Source: a virus
DNA length: 64,000 nt
Virus record (IMG/VR): IMGVR_UViG_3300040770_000151
Reading direction: 5' to 3' (one strand)
Shown here piece by piece: positions 29,570-40,272 of the stretch. A program made the translations under genes and the position numbers. The notes beneath the pieces are model-generated. The model saw only the letters and a program-made list of their open reading frames with translations, was not told the DNA's origin and ran no database searches. Every line of letters begins with the position of its first letter. The first letter of the stretch is position 1.

Positions 29570-29829
29570 TTCTTTGGTTTTGTTGGGAATGGTTGCCCTA
29601 TTAACTCATTATCTTCTGAACTTGCAAAAGATTGCGCTTTATTTGACGTGAAAAAATTCTTTGTCAAATAAGCAATTGCAGTCACTAATAACACTTTAAT
29701 TTCTGGACTAACATTTAATGAGGGAACGAACGTTTCTTGCAACCAATTAAAAACTGTTGCTAAAATTGCTATTAACAACCCTTTACCCAAATCTAGCCAA
29801 TTAAGGCTTAAAAAACTACTCTGTTTCAT
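29566..29829 (-). CDS. Holin
   Basis: FLSLNWLDLGKGLLIAI...AYLTKNFFT; two TM segments near endolysin. Confidence 0.75.
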   Translation of the reverse strand: MKQSSFLSLNWLDLGKGLLIAILATVFNWLQETFVPSLNVSPEIKVLLVTAIAYLTKNFFTSNKAQSFASSEDNELIGQPFPTKPKK

Positions 29830-29844
29830 ATTATATTTATTTAA

Positions 29845-30381
29845 TTAATTACGTGAAATCCCTTGAATGCTTAATGATGAATATTCTATTGATGTAACCC
29901 CTACTGTTGCAGTGTTTAGTCTAACAAATATTTTAAAACCATTTACTTTTAAAGCGTCACCGATATATAGAGGTAATGTAAAAGGTTTGTTTTTAAAGTT
30001 TGTATTAAATAAAGTTACATCGTAAACATCAGTAAATCCACCTTGATTTTCAAAAGGGAAATTTAACGGTACGCCTGCGCTAATTCCGTTCGGTATTTGT
30101 ATTCTCAATTGCAAAGACGCTCTTGTACTTATAATTGTGCTTAACGTTTCAAACTCAAATAACAAATTGAAGTTATGAGGGTATACATCGTTATAAGTAA
30201 ATAAATTTGTGCCTACATTATAATCAAACATAAATTTACCGCTTATAGGGTCTTTTCCGTAAGTATTCATAGTTTTACCCGATTCCGTGCCATTGTAGAC
30301 CAATTCTTGAAAAGTAGTTGTAAGCACTAAGGGCGTTGTTCTACTTACTATTAAACGAGGGTCTGCGCTAGATTGTGCCAT
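29845..30381 (-). CDS. Putative tail-fibre-associated protein
   Basis: Beta-rich; immediately after tail spike. Confidence 0.45.
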   Translation of the reverse strand: MAQSSADPRLIVSRTTPLVLTTTFQELVYNGTESGKTMNTYGKDPISGKFMFDYNVGTNLFTYNDVYPHNFNLLFEFETLSTIISTRASLQLRIQIPNGISAGVPLNFPFENQGGFTDVYDVTLFNTNFKNKPFTLPLYIGDALKVNGFKIFVRLNTATVGVTSIEYSSLSIQGISRN

Positions 30382-30384
30382 ATT

Positions 30385-32871
30385 TTATAAAATTATATAT
30401 TGTGATAAATTTGCCCCTATTGTTGTTTTTGAGTATTGACCGCTAACAACTAGTGTACTTGCTCCGTCAATATTAACCCCTCCTACGCTTTGAATTAATA
30501 CGCTATTTGCTGAGCTATCCATTTTTTTAACGGTTAATTTATAGCCTTGTAAAGCCGTAAAAGTAGGTAGAGTAACAGTAATATTCCCACTTGTTGTGTT
30601 TACACTTAAAATTAACTCGTTATTGTTTACAAAGTCACCTATTACAACTGTTTTGTTAGCTGTGATTGTTTGATTTGCGTATAAAGTTTGACCTTTAGTA
30701 ACGAAGTGGTTAAAAGCGGTAGCATTTGCCCCTTGCATTGTACCATCAAGATTAACTCTCGCTTTTTCATTGTTATTTACGTCTCTAAATGTAGCGATTA
30801 TACTTCCTGTTCCGTTATTTCTTATGTTTGCTCCAACAACCCCTACAGTAACTATACCGTAATCATTATTTGACTCAAAACTAGCACCAGCCGCAGCACC
30901 TGTCCCAGTGTTAATAGCAGTAAAAGCAGGATTTCCATTATTGGCTAAATTTATTGTTTTTACACCTGTTATAGTTTGAACTCCTGTCAACTTAACATTC
31001 CCACTATCAGCATTTGTTACAAAAGAAGTAGTAGCAATTGTACTACTTAAAACTTTCTCAAAAATTCCTGTACTTGAGTTCCGTGTTAAAAAGTCATAAG
31101 ACCCTGCACTTGTGGTTGGCGTATCTGATAAGGTGATCCCCGCAATTTGCATTTTCTCCCCTCCTAAGAAATCTCCGTACATATTAGATAGATTAGCAAG
31201 CTGAACGGTATACTCACTTATATCCGATCCCTCAACTCTGTTCCCTAATATAGTAGAATAACCTGCCCCGTTACCTCCAACTCCAAAAAATGCAATACCA
31301 TAGTCTCCGCAATTTATAATGATGTTGTTTGAAATCACGTTATACTTACCGTTAGTCGATCTAATTCCAGATCTATTCAATGCCGTATCTCTTACGCTAT
31401 TCCCTATTACATAAACATTGCTGGCGTTTTCTAAATTAATCGCTTCTAAACCACTATTTGACACGGTATTTCCTGATACTAAGCAGGGAGAAGATATAGG
31501 AGTGAATGGTATGCCGTCAACCGTAGGATCTACAGTTATACCTATTAATGTAGAATTATGCACCGTATTGCCTAACACTTTAGTGTTTTGATTTTGAGTT
31601 TTAGAAGGGTCTCCACCGCCTATCTGTATACCGTTAGTTCCGTTGTTTTTAAAAGTACTGTTTTCAATAGAGCAATTCAAGGAATATGTTACGCTGTAAC
31701 CACTGCTTAACGTGTTATTAGCTTGGCTGTTTATAACTGATATTTCGCCCGCATCGGTAAAATAGAAGCCCAAATCTGAACCCTCAGAAACACAACCGTC
31801 TAAAGTAATGTTTCTAACGTGTTTAATGTGAAAATTGTTTACGTCGCAATTATAGACTTTACAATTAGTAAGCTTACTATTGACATCTGGCGCATTATTG
31901 TTAAAAGGACTCCCCCCTTGACCACTTAGAAAAAATCCAAACTGCCACCCGTTAATAATAGTAACGTCCTCAGCAATAAAATTAGTCCAAGAAGGAGGAT
32001 TCATATATATACCATTGCCTAATATCTGACTTGCTGGATTAGTGGTATTGGCTTTATTCAAATCAATTGTAACCCCTTTAATAACACACCCATTTGTAGC
32101 TACTAATACACCGTTGAAATTTACGGTAGCGGAATTTTTTATTTTAATTGTAGCACCATAGCCTAACAGTGTTAAACCTGTTGTATTAATAGCCCCAGAA
32201 ACAAGATATATTTTTTTAGGCGTTAATTGAACTATTTCCCCAATAGAGGCGCTCATTGTTAATATCAATGCAGCCGTATCATCTGTTGCGTTATCCCCTT
32301 TAGCACCGAACCATTCTGGGCGTATGTGTAAGAAGTCTCTCTTAAAAAACTCACCGCCTAATTGAAAAAAAATAATTCCGTCAACCGTTGGTGTTCCCGT
32401 TACTTTTGATAAAGTAATTTCTTCACCCGTGTATTGGTCTAAGATGCCGTACAAAACATCCCCTTTTCTTTGAGCTAAAGAAAGGGATTCGTTTGATTTA
32501 ATCCATGCAAAATTTATTGTAGTCCACGTACCAGCACTACGACCAAACACCCCCGCTGTAGTTACATCTTCAACAAAATCTAAATTGTTATCAAATTGAG
32601 ATAATAAAGTAGGTTTGTTTTTTATAAAAGCAGGGTTTAAAGGATCGTTTATTGCGAAATCACTTTGACTTGACACGCTAGGGTCGATACTGTCTAACTT
32701 AGCTTTGTCTACAGCTGAAAAATTAACGTCCGTTAAACTTTTACCTGTTACTTTATCAACCTTATTTGCGTATAATTCGTCAAAATTATCGTCTGATTTA
32801 ACAAAAGCTTGTCTTAATGGGTCTCCCAATCCATCATTTGCAAAGCTATAATTTATTTTCTTTTGTGCCAT
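30385..32871 (-). CDS. Tail spike/fibre with parallel beta-helix (pectate-lyase-like depolymerase)
   Basis: DGLGDPLRQAF anchor, PEWFGAKGD..TDDTAA, Asn/Gly-rich PbH1-type repeats. Confidence 0.8.
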   Translation of the reverse strand: MAQKKINYSFANDGLGDPLRQAFVKSDDNFDELYANKVDKVTGKSLTDVNFSAVDKAKLDSIDPSVSSQSDFAINDPLNPAFIKNKPTLLSQFDNNLDFVEDVTTAGVFGRSAGTWTTINFAWIKSNESLSLAQRKGDVLYGILDQYTGEEITLSKVTGTPTVDGIIFFQLGGEFFKRDFLHIRPEWFGAKGDNATDDTAALILTMSASIGEIVQLTPKKIYLVSGAINTTGLTLLGYGATIKIKNSATVNFNGVLVATNGCVIKGVTIDLNKANTTNPASQILGNGIYMNPPSWTNFIAEDVTIINGWQFGFFLSGQGGSPFNNNAPDVNSKLTNCKVYNCDVNNFHIKHVRNITLDGCVSEGSDLGFYFTDAGEISVINSQANNTLSSGYSVTYSLNCSIENSTFKNNGTNGIQIGGGDPSKTQNQNTKVLGNTVHNSTLIGITVDPTVDGIPFTPISSPCLVSGNTVSNSGLEAINLENASNVYVIGNSVRDTALNRSGIRSTNGKYNVISNNIIINCGDYGIAFFGVGGNGAGYSTILGNRVEGSDISEYTVQLANLSNMYGDFLGGEKMQIAGITLSDTPTTSAGSYDFLTRNSSTGIFEKVLSSTIATTSFVTNADSGNVKLTGVQTITGVKTINLANNGNPAFTAINTGTGAAAGASFESNNDYGIVTVGVVGANIRNNGTGSIIATFRDVNNNEKARVNLDGTMQGANATAFNHFVTKGQTLYANQTITANKTVVIGDFVNNNELILSVNTTSGNITVTLPTFTALQGYKLTVKKMDSSANSVLIQSVGGVNIDGASTLVVSGQYSKTTIGANLSQYIIL

Positions 32872-33336
32872 CTAGTAGAAATCATTAAAATTAGTGGTTT
32901 CTTCGTCTTTCTTTTCGTAATCCCATTCTGGAATGGTTGTATTTCCCATAAATTTACGAAAATTATCTTCAATAGTTACGGCTAAATTCTTGTATTGATC
33001 TGCTAATTGATAAGTTTTTTGAGTAGGCTGACCGTTTGCCACTGATAAAATAGTATTCCCAATGTTAGACTGCTTTACCTCATTGAATAAAGTAAAATAA
33101 TAAGCAGTATAAAATACGTGCATATCAATAATGTACTTATCATAAATTGTCTTGTAAATACCTTGTAAATTAGCAAAATCATTAGTTATTTTATCAACTA
33201 AAGACTGACCTAAAACCCTAGTAACATCTGAAATTTGAGCGTAGTATATTTTCTGTAAAATAAGTTCGTTATCCGTTGCGCTACTTATTGAAGTTGTTGC
33301 TTTAAATTGTTCCGCTGTTATAAATAATTTTGTCAT
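32872..33336 (-). CDS. Head-tail adaptor-like protein
   Basis: Follows portal; AQISDV..VLG..L pattern. Confidence 0.55.
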   Translation of the reverse strand: MTKLFITAEQFKATTSISSATDNELILQKIYYAQISDVTRVLGQSLVDKITNDFANLQGIYKTIYDKYIIDMHVFYTAYYFTLFNEVKQSNIGNTILSVANGQPTQKTYQLADQYKNLAVTIEDNFRKFMGNTTIPEWDYEKKDEETTNFNDFY

Positions 33337-34487
33337 ATAGTTTCGTTATTTGTACTTTGTGGAACTTCTTCTGCTTTCTTAAACTCTTCAAAATCTTCAA
33401 ACTCTAAAACAATATTAACATCAATCAATTTGAATAACTTTGTCAATCCATCAATTACAACTTTTCGCAAAGGGTTTATATTCCTTCTATACATTTCCTT
33501 TGTAGCTACTAAAATTTCGTCAGCGTTTGAACTAAAACCACTCGCATTATTTGAACCACTAAAAAGTATTTTAGGAGCACTATGAGCTACAATAATTTTT
33601 CTTTCGCATTCCTCTGCAAAAAATACATTTTGCTGGTTTAAATTAGGCGTTTCTACTTGGTCAATTGTAGTTGCATCCAGTTCGTTTGTATTATAAGAAA
33701 CAACTACGTGATGCTTAGGACTTCCACCCGTGTAATCATCTTTTATTTTTTTAGCTTTTTCTTCTTTTACTGTTTCGCTCATCCCTTTTGATCCATTGAA
33801 ATTAATAACCGTAGTTATTTTATTTTCAAATTGAAAGTGCGTTTTAGTATTTTGACCTAAATAACCCTCAGCAATGCAATAATTAATTCCGCTAAAATAG
33901 TCTGGCAAAGGGTAGTATTTGTTTTTAGTTACTCTTTGAACTATAACTAATTCACAACCAGCTTGAAACGTACCGTCGAATTTTTTACATGCTGTAGGTC
34001 TATATGTTCCGCTTCTTTTCCAATCCTCAGAATGCCAATAAGCAACTACTCTAGGCTTTACCATTCTATCATCTATTTCCACTGCTATCTCTTCAATAGG
34101 CACATATTCAAATCTCAATATTTGTCTGTCTTTTTCTGAATCATTCCAAATAACTTGTAAACAAAAACCTCCAAACAGTTTAACATCTAAGCATATTAAT
34201 TCAACCGTATCTTCGTCTAAATATCTTGAAATATCCAAACTCGATCCTGTGTTTTTTAACCCATTTGCATACATGAAATTTACAAATGAATTAATTATAC
34301 TTTGATTAGTAGGGCTGTCGTCGTAAGCGTCACGCAAAGTTTTGTAATTTGAATTGTTAGCGCCATTACAAACTATATTAAATCCATTCTGAGTAACTAA
34401 AGGATTTATTTCAATAGGTTGCCAAGCTGACATTTTAACGACATCATTACTCATTGAATACACATTATTTTCTTTTTTTACTGCCAT
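33333..34487 (-). CDS. Portal protein, unit B
   Basis: YDDSPTNQSIIN, KLFGGF...W, YYPLPDY, AHS.P..LF. Confidence 0.8.
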   Translation of the reverse strand: MAVKKENNVYSMSNDVVKMSAWQPIEINPLVTQNGFNIVCNGANNSNYKTLRDAYDDSPTNQSIINSFVNFMYANGLKNTGSSLDISRYLDEDTVELICLDVKLFGGFCLQVIWNDSEKDRQILRFEYVPIEEIAVEIDDRMVKPRVVAYWHSEDWKRSGTYRPTACKKFDGTFQAGCELVIVQRVTKNKYYPLPDYFSGINYCIAEGYLGQNTKTHFQFENKITTVINFNGSKGMSETVKEEKAKKIKDDYTGGSPKHHVVVSYNTNELDATTIDQVETPNLNQQNVFFAEECERKIIVAHSAPKILFSGSNNASGFSSNADEILVATKEMYRRNINPLRKVVIDGLTKLFKLIDVNIVLEFEDFEEFKKAEEVPQSTNNETI

Positions 34488-34762
34488 CTTTTTGTATCTT
34501 GAGTTTGTGCGCTATAATTTTGAATATCAGTTCCGTTTTTTAAAAATATAATTTTGCCTTTATAAACTATTTCGTTATTTGAAGTAATTGTAAAAGCATA
34601 ATTTTGTCCCTCTGTAAATAATGAAGTGTTCAATATTGTAACTTGATTATTACTAACAACATTTTGAACTTCTAATCCTTCATCAAAAGTTAAAACAGCT
34701 GAATTAAAAGTAAATCGAGGAACAAATTTAAAAATAGTAGTATTAGGCGTGATTACTTTCAT
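34478..34762 (-). CDS. Hypothetical structural protein
   Basis: In virion operon. Confidence 0.5.
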   Translation of the reverse strand: MKVITPNTTIFKFVPRFTFNSAVLTFDEGLEVQNVVSNNQVTILNTSLFTEGQNYAFTITSNNEIVYKGKIIFLKNGTDIQNYSAQTQDTKRWQ

Positions 34763-34802
34763 ATTTTAAGGTAAAAAAGGCGGGATTAACCGCCTTTTAT
34801 TG

Positions 34803-35681
34803 TTAATACGCTAATCTTGAATCAGTAAATTCTGCAACCGCTGTAGGTGTCAATAGATACTTTCTAAAAGAATCTGACTCTTCGGTATTAATTGTAATAG
34901 TAACACCGTCAAGTTCGCCATCTGTAGCACCTGTTGAATCAACTACGCTAGAAATCATACACCCAAATTGACTACCTACTGCGAAAATTTCGCCTGTTTT
35001 GTACTCAATAAATCCTACGAAATCAGTTTTAGTTATTTCATCAACTAATTCAGATAAAGCAATGTTATCCATTCCACCACCTGAGAATAATGTTAGACTA
35101 AATTCGCCTTTACGTCCTCCTGATCTGGTGTCAGGGTTTTGAGTTAAGGTATCGTTAAAACCTGTAGTTGTGCTTTTAACGTCAAATCTTGCTATTTTTC
35201 CACCCGATGGAGCTGTAGCAAACTGCATATAACTAGGTAAAGTTAAAACTCCACCACTACCAACGTTCTGACCTATTGTAGATACCGCAATTGATCCTGT
35301 AGCTCCTGTAGTTCCAGCTGAATAAATAGGGTCTAATCTATCGCCTATTGTGTTAGCTGTGAATATTACGTTTGTTCCTGTTCCGCTTGTCGTATATCCC
35401 GTAAATGATGTAGCTCTTATTTTAGTAGCTACTATGCTAGCTGCATCGCCTGTCAATACTGCTACTGTTGTAGCTGCACCGTTTAAAGTAACCGTTACAT
35501 TTGATGAAGTAGTAGCTGCTGCCGTAATGTTTAAACTCACAACTTGCGCAACTCCTAAAGATGAACTATTTGCAACAATTCTACTTAATGAATCAAATCG
35601 AGCAATAGAAAAGGATCTTATACCTATTTTCTTTTTTACGCAATTAAGATTGCGTGATTTTGGTAGTGCTAATGTACACAT
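34803..35681 (-). CDS. Probable major tail protein with internal Thr/Gly-rich insertion
   Basis: N-terminal C..R...C..K.GI and C-terminal G.TGA..GELDG.TITI..EE pattern; follows MCP. Confidence 0.6.
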   Translation of the reverse strand: MCTLALPKSRNLNCVKKKIGIRSFSIARFDSLSRIVANSSSLGVAQVVSLNITAAATTSSNVTVTLNGAATTVAVLTGDAASIVATKIRATSFTGYTTSGTGTNVIFTANTIGDRLDPIYSAGTTGATGSIAVSTIGQNVGSGGVLTLPSYMQFATAPSGGKIARFDVKSTTTGFNDTLTQNPDTRSGGRKGEFSLTLFSGGGMDNIALSELVDEITKTDFVGFIEYKTGEIFAVGSQFGCMISSVVDSTGATDGELDGVTITINTEESDSFRKYLLTPTAVAEFTDSRLAY

Positions 35682-35729
35682 ATAATTTAAGGTATTAAAA
35701 GGGAGTTTTCACGCTCCCTTTGATTAATG

Positions 35730-36752
35730 TTATCCTACGTATAAAACGTTAAATTTTTGATTAGCTACGTGTGCACCAATTGATAATACAGATTTAATAA
35801 ACATATCTTCTCTGTTTTCTGCAATTTTATCAATTTTCATTGTGTTGTTATCGCTTGCTAAATCAGTAACCCAGAATAAGTGAGATTTTAAAGCTACAAT
35901 AATCACATTGTTAGGAATTGGAACGAACTCAATTAACACACCGTTAAAATAAAATTCAGTTGCTGCAGTATTTACATCAAAAGGTTTTTTAAAATCAGTA
36001 ACAACATTGTTAGCTGCTACAATTATTTGCTTGATGTTTTTAGGCGCATATATGATAGGCTGTTCTGTACCATCTAAAACCTCTGCAGGAATTGCTGCGT
36101 AAATTTTATCAAATTCTGCTTTTACGTTAGAAGCTGTAATTGTAGTTCCTGCAACCTTAATACGTGTCCCTAAAGCTGCTGTTTGCGTAGCATTAGAATC
36201 ATTGTAAATCATTTTAACTAAAATACCATCAATTTGCGAGGCTGTCAAAGCGGCTACCGCTGTTTTTTCTGCAGCACCTACTGCGTTATTTGTTGTCCCT
36301 GCTGTTAGAGCTGCTACCGCTGTCTTAGTAACTGCTGTCGCACCATTCCAGAATTCATTTTCCAAAGCTAAAGACATTTTTTTAGCGTAAATTCCACCGA
36401 TTACAATTCTTTCAAATTCTGAACTCATATTGTTCCACGCTCCTGCTGCCATATCTCTTTTGAAACGAGAGAAACGTAAATTGTCAGGGCAAAACTCTTG
36501 GTAAAACATCGCTTTTTTAGGAGTCACTACTGAATCAAAAGCGCTTAAAGCTCCTGAGCTTGTAGGTAATCCACAAACAAATTCTTGTAGCGTAGCTGTT
36601 GCACTAGCTTCGGTAAATATTGTTTCTGCTTTTACGTCAGTTTCAAATGTAACTAACCCTTTTGAAATCGTAAGGTTTTCAAATAAAACCTCTTCTATAA
36701 TAGGCTCCGCTGCTACGCCTCTAATATCTACTTTATTATAAGTAATTGCCAT
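35730..36752 (-). CDS. Major capsid protein, unit B
   Basis: 340 aa directly after protease/scaffold; followed by terminator hairpin. Confidence 0.7.
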   Translation of the reverse strand: MAITYNKVDIRGVAAEPIIEEVLFENLTISKGLVTFETDVKAETIFTEASATATLQEFVCGLPTSSGALSAFDSVVTPKKAMFYQEFCPDNLRFSRFKRDMAAGAWNNMSSEFERIVIGGIYAKKMSLALENEFWNGATAVTKTAVAALTAGTTNNAVGAAEKTAVAALTASQIDGILVKMIYNDSNATQTAALGTRIKVAGTTITASNVKAEFDKIYAAIPAEVLDGTEQPIIYAPKNIKQIIVAANNVVTDFKKPFDVNTAATEFYFNGVLIEFVPIPNNVIIVALKSHLFWVTDLASDNNTMKIDKIAENREDMFIKSVLSIGAHVANQKFNVLYVG

Positions 36753-36779
36753 ACTTTTATTGTTTTTTAATTATTAAAT

Positions 36780-37712
36780 TTACTTTGTTGCTCTAAATTT
36801 CTCTAAAGGTGTCATTTTACTATAATCTTTTTTCTCTACAGGAACATCAGCCAATCTTTGACTTGACATTTTAACTGCTTTGTAACTGTCAAAAGCCTTA
36901 GTAACTTCTTCAAGTTGTGCGCTCATTAAAGTAGCATCGTTTTCATTTTTAGCTTTTTCAGCTTCTAAATCATCGATTTTCTTTTGCAACTCTACAATAG
37001 TAGCCTGTGCAATTTCTAATTCGCTTGGTTCTGCTGGCATTTCTTCCGCCATTTCTTCAGGTTCTTCTTTAACCTCTTCTACAGCTTCGGAAGTTTCGTA
37101 TACAGGCTTTTCATCATCGCTAATGGCACTCATCAGGATAGCCTTGAAATCTTCCAATTTTTCTAAGATTGTTTTTTTCATATTAATATTACTAAATTTA
37201 GAGATAGGACTATCCGTATCTTCTTCCGTATCTAAGTGACCTTCAATTGAAAGTCCTTGCAATAATTGATTTTGTATTTTGTTTAAAACATCTTCGCTTT
37301 CACACTTGTACCCCATTATCCAAGTGCCTTGTTTTTGCAATGGCATTCCTAAAGCCTTGCTTTTATCATTTCCAGGGTCTGTGACTATCCAACTTTCAAC
37401 AGGATAAACTCCCTCGGTATCTGTGTCTTGGTGTTCTATATTTGTATTAGCGTTACCATTTTGTTTAAAATAGTTGTTTGCTAGTTGCTCTACTGTTTCT
37501 GAATCATAATAAACTAAATATTTTTCGCCTGTGTTGGGGTCTATCCTTTGTATCTTAACATCTGGAATCATTACAGGCGAATAAAACACGCCTTTAATTT
37601 CTTGCGCTGCCATAAGCACCAAGTCGCCCTCTCCTACTGCTGGATTTTTAACTATAGAAACTTTAAAGACTCCTTTTTTATCAGGATTGTATTTATATTT
37701 TAGTATTTTCAT
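36780..37712 (-). CDS. Prohead protease (XkdF-like) fused to scaffold
   Basis: VMIPD, NIEH, VESWIV, GTW, GLSIEG; acidic coiled-coil C-terminus. Confidence 0.8.
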   Translation of the reverse strand: MKILKYKYNPDKKGVFKVSIVKNPAVGEGDLVLMAAQEIKGVFYSPVMIPDVKIQRIDPNTGEKYLVYYDSETVEQLANNYFKQNGNANTNIEHQDTDTEGVYPVESWIVTDPGNDKSKALGMPLQKQGTWIMGYKCESEDVLNKIQNQLLQGLSIEGHLDTEEDTDSPISKFSNINMKKTILEKLEDFKAILMSAISDDEKPVYETSEAVEEVKEEPEEMAEEMPAEPSELEIAQATIVELQKKIDDLEAEKAKNENDATLMSAQLEEVTKAFDSYKAVKMSSQRLADVPVEKKDYSKMTPLEKFRATK

Positions 37713-37851
37713 TTGCGTATAACGATAAAAAGCCTACTCGCAATTAAGCAAGTAGGCTTTTATTTTTGAATTACTAACTAATACCATATATTTTGGTTGA
37801 TACGTGCCACTTCACACGCTGAGTTAAGCAAACTTACAAAAAATATTTTAA

Positions 37852-38190
37852 TTAATCGCTGTAATTAAATAAAATATTTTTATCAAACAAAGCTTTAAAT
37901 ATGTCTTCGTTACTTTCTTTTTTCAAACAAACATTCATAGCATCGTCATACCTTTCATTCATTCCGTTAAAAAGTATTTTAGGTCTTGGATAAATCAAAG
38001 TAGGTGGCTTTTTAAATTCATGCAACCCCCATACTATAACTATATAACCCTTAACGTATCTAATGTCTAAACCGCCATCTTGTAAAGTAGAAAAGTCATT
38101 TATATTATTTTCTACATACGTACTGTTTATTCTGCGAAAAGGCTTAAATCCTAAATCTTCTAATAAGTATTTTGTAAAATGTTTTTTCAT
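37852..38190 (-). CDS. Hypothetical protein (moron)
   Basis: Flanked by hairpins and TAnnTTTG boxes. Confidence 0.55.
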   Translation of the reverse strand: MKKHFTKYLLEDLGFKPFRRINSTYVENNINDFSTLQDGGLDIRYVKGYIVIVWGLHEFKKPPTLIYPRPKILFNGMNERYDDAMNVCLKKESNEDIFKALFDKNILFNYSD

Positions 38191-38341
38191 TAATTTTATA
38201 AATTAAAAAAGCACCCGATTAAAGGTGCTTTAGATTATTGAATAGTTGCGTAAAACTTCATACGCTTGGAAACTTAAAAAAAATAACAGCCGGGAAGACT
38301 TATAAATTTATGATGTAGCAAATATAGATACTTTATTCCAA

Positions 38342-40270
38342 TTAAAAGCTATTTACCAATTCTTTTTTTCTTGCTAGTTCTTCTGCATCACGAACTGATT
38401 GACTAACTACAAACGCCTGTAATGGTGGTTGGTTCCTTTGTTGATTAGCTACTGCATTCCCTATTTGGTTTTCGCTACTTGCTTGAAATCCTACCTGAGC
38501 CACGTTTCTACTAGGTTGTGGTGTTTGGCTGCCTCCATTTGCTCCAGCACTTGCGCCACCTGAGCCACCGCCAGAAAGCAATTGTTTTGCACGTGCTATA
38601 TTACTGACTACGGATAAAGTCGTGCCTGTATAGCTTAAAACTCTTGCAACTGTTCCAATGCCTGGCACGAATGGTAGTGCTGTTTGTGCTGCAACCCCTT
38701 CCGCATTTGCTAAAGTACTAGCTTTTGACAATGCTACTGCTGAGTCAATCCCTATCTGAGTTAACGCAATGCCTTTTGAAACTACTTGACCTGCTTTTGT
38801 TTTAGCTATTCCAGAATCTTGTAAACCGTTTGAAACCCTGTTTAAGTTTTCTTTTGATGTTGCAATTGCTTCATTTTTTAATTTTTCCGCTTCAACTTCT
38901 TGCTCTTTTAATCTTTTCGATTTTTCGACTCTTTCTGTTTCAATTGCGTCAACCTGATCTGTTATAGTTTTTAAATTCTCTGCTTGTAATTCCGCATCAA
39001 CTAAATCTTGATTTAATTTTGCTTTAAAAGTATTTATTTGAAATTCATTTAAAGCCTTTTGATCTTCTTGTTTCTTTTTTAATTGATCCTCAAATTCTTT
39101 TTTTTGTCTTTCTTTTCTATCTTCAATTTCTTTTTTTTCCGCTTCTTCACGTTTTAACCTTGCATCTGTTTCCGCTTGAACTTTTGCTACCTCTGCATTA
39201 TTTCTAATATCTTCTAAATCGTTAAAAGAATTATCAACAAAATCTTGCATTCTTTTGTAATTTTCTTTTGCACTTTGCAAAGACTTTTCAGTGAAGTCAG
39301 TAGGATTATCGCTGTTTAACTGTTGTGCTTTTAATAGCAATCTATAGGCTTCCGCACTTGCGTTTATACCCATTTGTATTTCCTGTTCTTTTAAAGCTTT
39401 TGTCTCTCTTAATATCTGAGCTTCACTAGCTCCACTTGCTTTTAATAATGCAATTTTAAAATCATTATTTCTACTATTGCTATCACTATTCTTTTCAAAA
39501 GTTTTACTTTGATGTTCAATAGCTTGATCTAATTGCATACTAGCAACCTTTGCTTTTTCCTCCGCTTTTACTGCATCGCCTGTTATTTTAATGTAAGCGT
39601 AAATAGCAGCACCAGCCGCAACAATACCAGCCGTAATTAATACAATTGGATTAGCCAATAATGCAGCGTTCCAACTCCAAGTAGTTACAGTTGCTTCGGT
39701 ATTTGCCACTGCTAACGCTTCTGTTGTTCCTATTTCAACTACATCAGCAGCACTTTTAGCACGCTTTGAAGCCGTTAAAACTGCATAAGCATCTGACATA
39801 CCAGCAACAGCACTTGTAACGCCTAGTATAGCCTGTGCGCTTCCTATTACTTTGTCTAATACTTCACTTTCAATTCCTAGTGCCGTGAATCCATCCTTAA
39901 CCCCCCCAAGTGCTAACGCTGCGACTCCTGCTGTTTGCGTTAATGCTCTGAATTTATCATCAGGATTAAACGAGTCTACTAAATCCTTTTGCAAACCTAT
40001 TTCATCTTTTATTCCTGCTACTGCCTTAGCTGCTTTAATAGCTTGCTGGCTTGTTGCCCCGAACTTATCAGCTAGTTTTTGTTGCTCAACAATAGCTTCA
40101 CGTAATTGAACTTTTAAAGACTTAAAAGAATCTTCGCTTTTTTTGTTTTCTATTACGGTATTATTAATTGACTTATTTAAACCTTGTACTTTTTCAGTAG
40201 CTTCGGATGTTCCTGTTTCGTTTACGTCAATTTGTATGACTTGTTTTATCGGATCTAAATTTTCAGACAT
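38342..40270 (-). CDS. Tail tape measure protein, unit B
   Basis: Ala-rich helical, WNAALLANPI motif, long coiled coil. Confidence 0.85.
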   Translation of the reverse strand: MSENLDPIKQVIQIDVNETGTSEATEKVQGLNKSINNTVIENKKSEDSFKSLKVQLREAIVEQQKLADKFGATSQQAIKAAKAVAGIKDEIGLQKDLVDSFNPDDKFRALTQTAGVAALALGGVKDGFTALGIESEVLDKVIGSAQAILGVTSAVAGMSDAYAVLTASKRAKSAADVVEIGTTEALAVANTEATVTTWSWNAALLANPIVLITAGIVAAGAAIYAYIKITGDAVKAEEKAKVASMQLDQAIEHQSKTFEKNSDSNSRNNDFKIALLKASGASEAQILRETKALKEQEIQMGINASAEAYRLLLKAQQLNSDNPTDFTEKSLQSAKENYKRMQDFVDNSFNDLEDIRNNAEVAKVQAETDARLKREEAEKKEIEDRKERQKKEFEDQLKKKQEDQKALNEFQINTFKAKLNQDLVDAELQAENLKTITDQVDAIETERVEKSKRLKEQEVEAEKLKNEAIATSKENLNRVSNGLQDSGIAKTKAGQVVSKGIALTQIGIDSAVALSKASTLANAEGVAAQTALPFVPGIGTVARVLSYTGTTLSVVSNIARAKQLLSGGGSGGASAGANGGSQTPQPSRNVAQVGFQASSENQIGNAVANQQRNQPPLQAFVVSQSVRDAEELARKKELVNSF

Positions 40271-40272
40271 CT

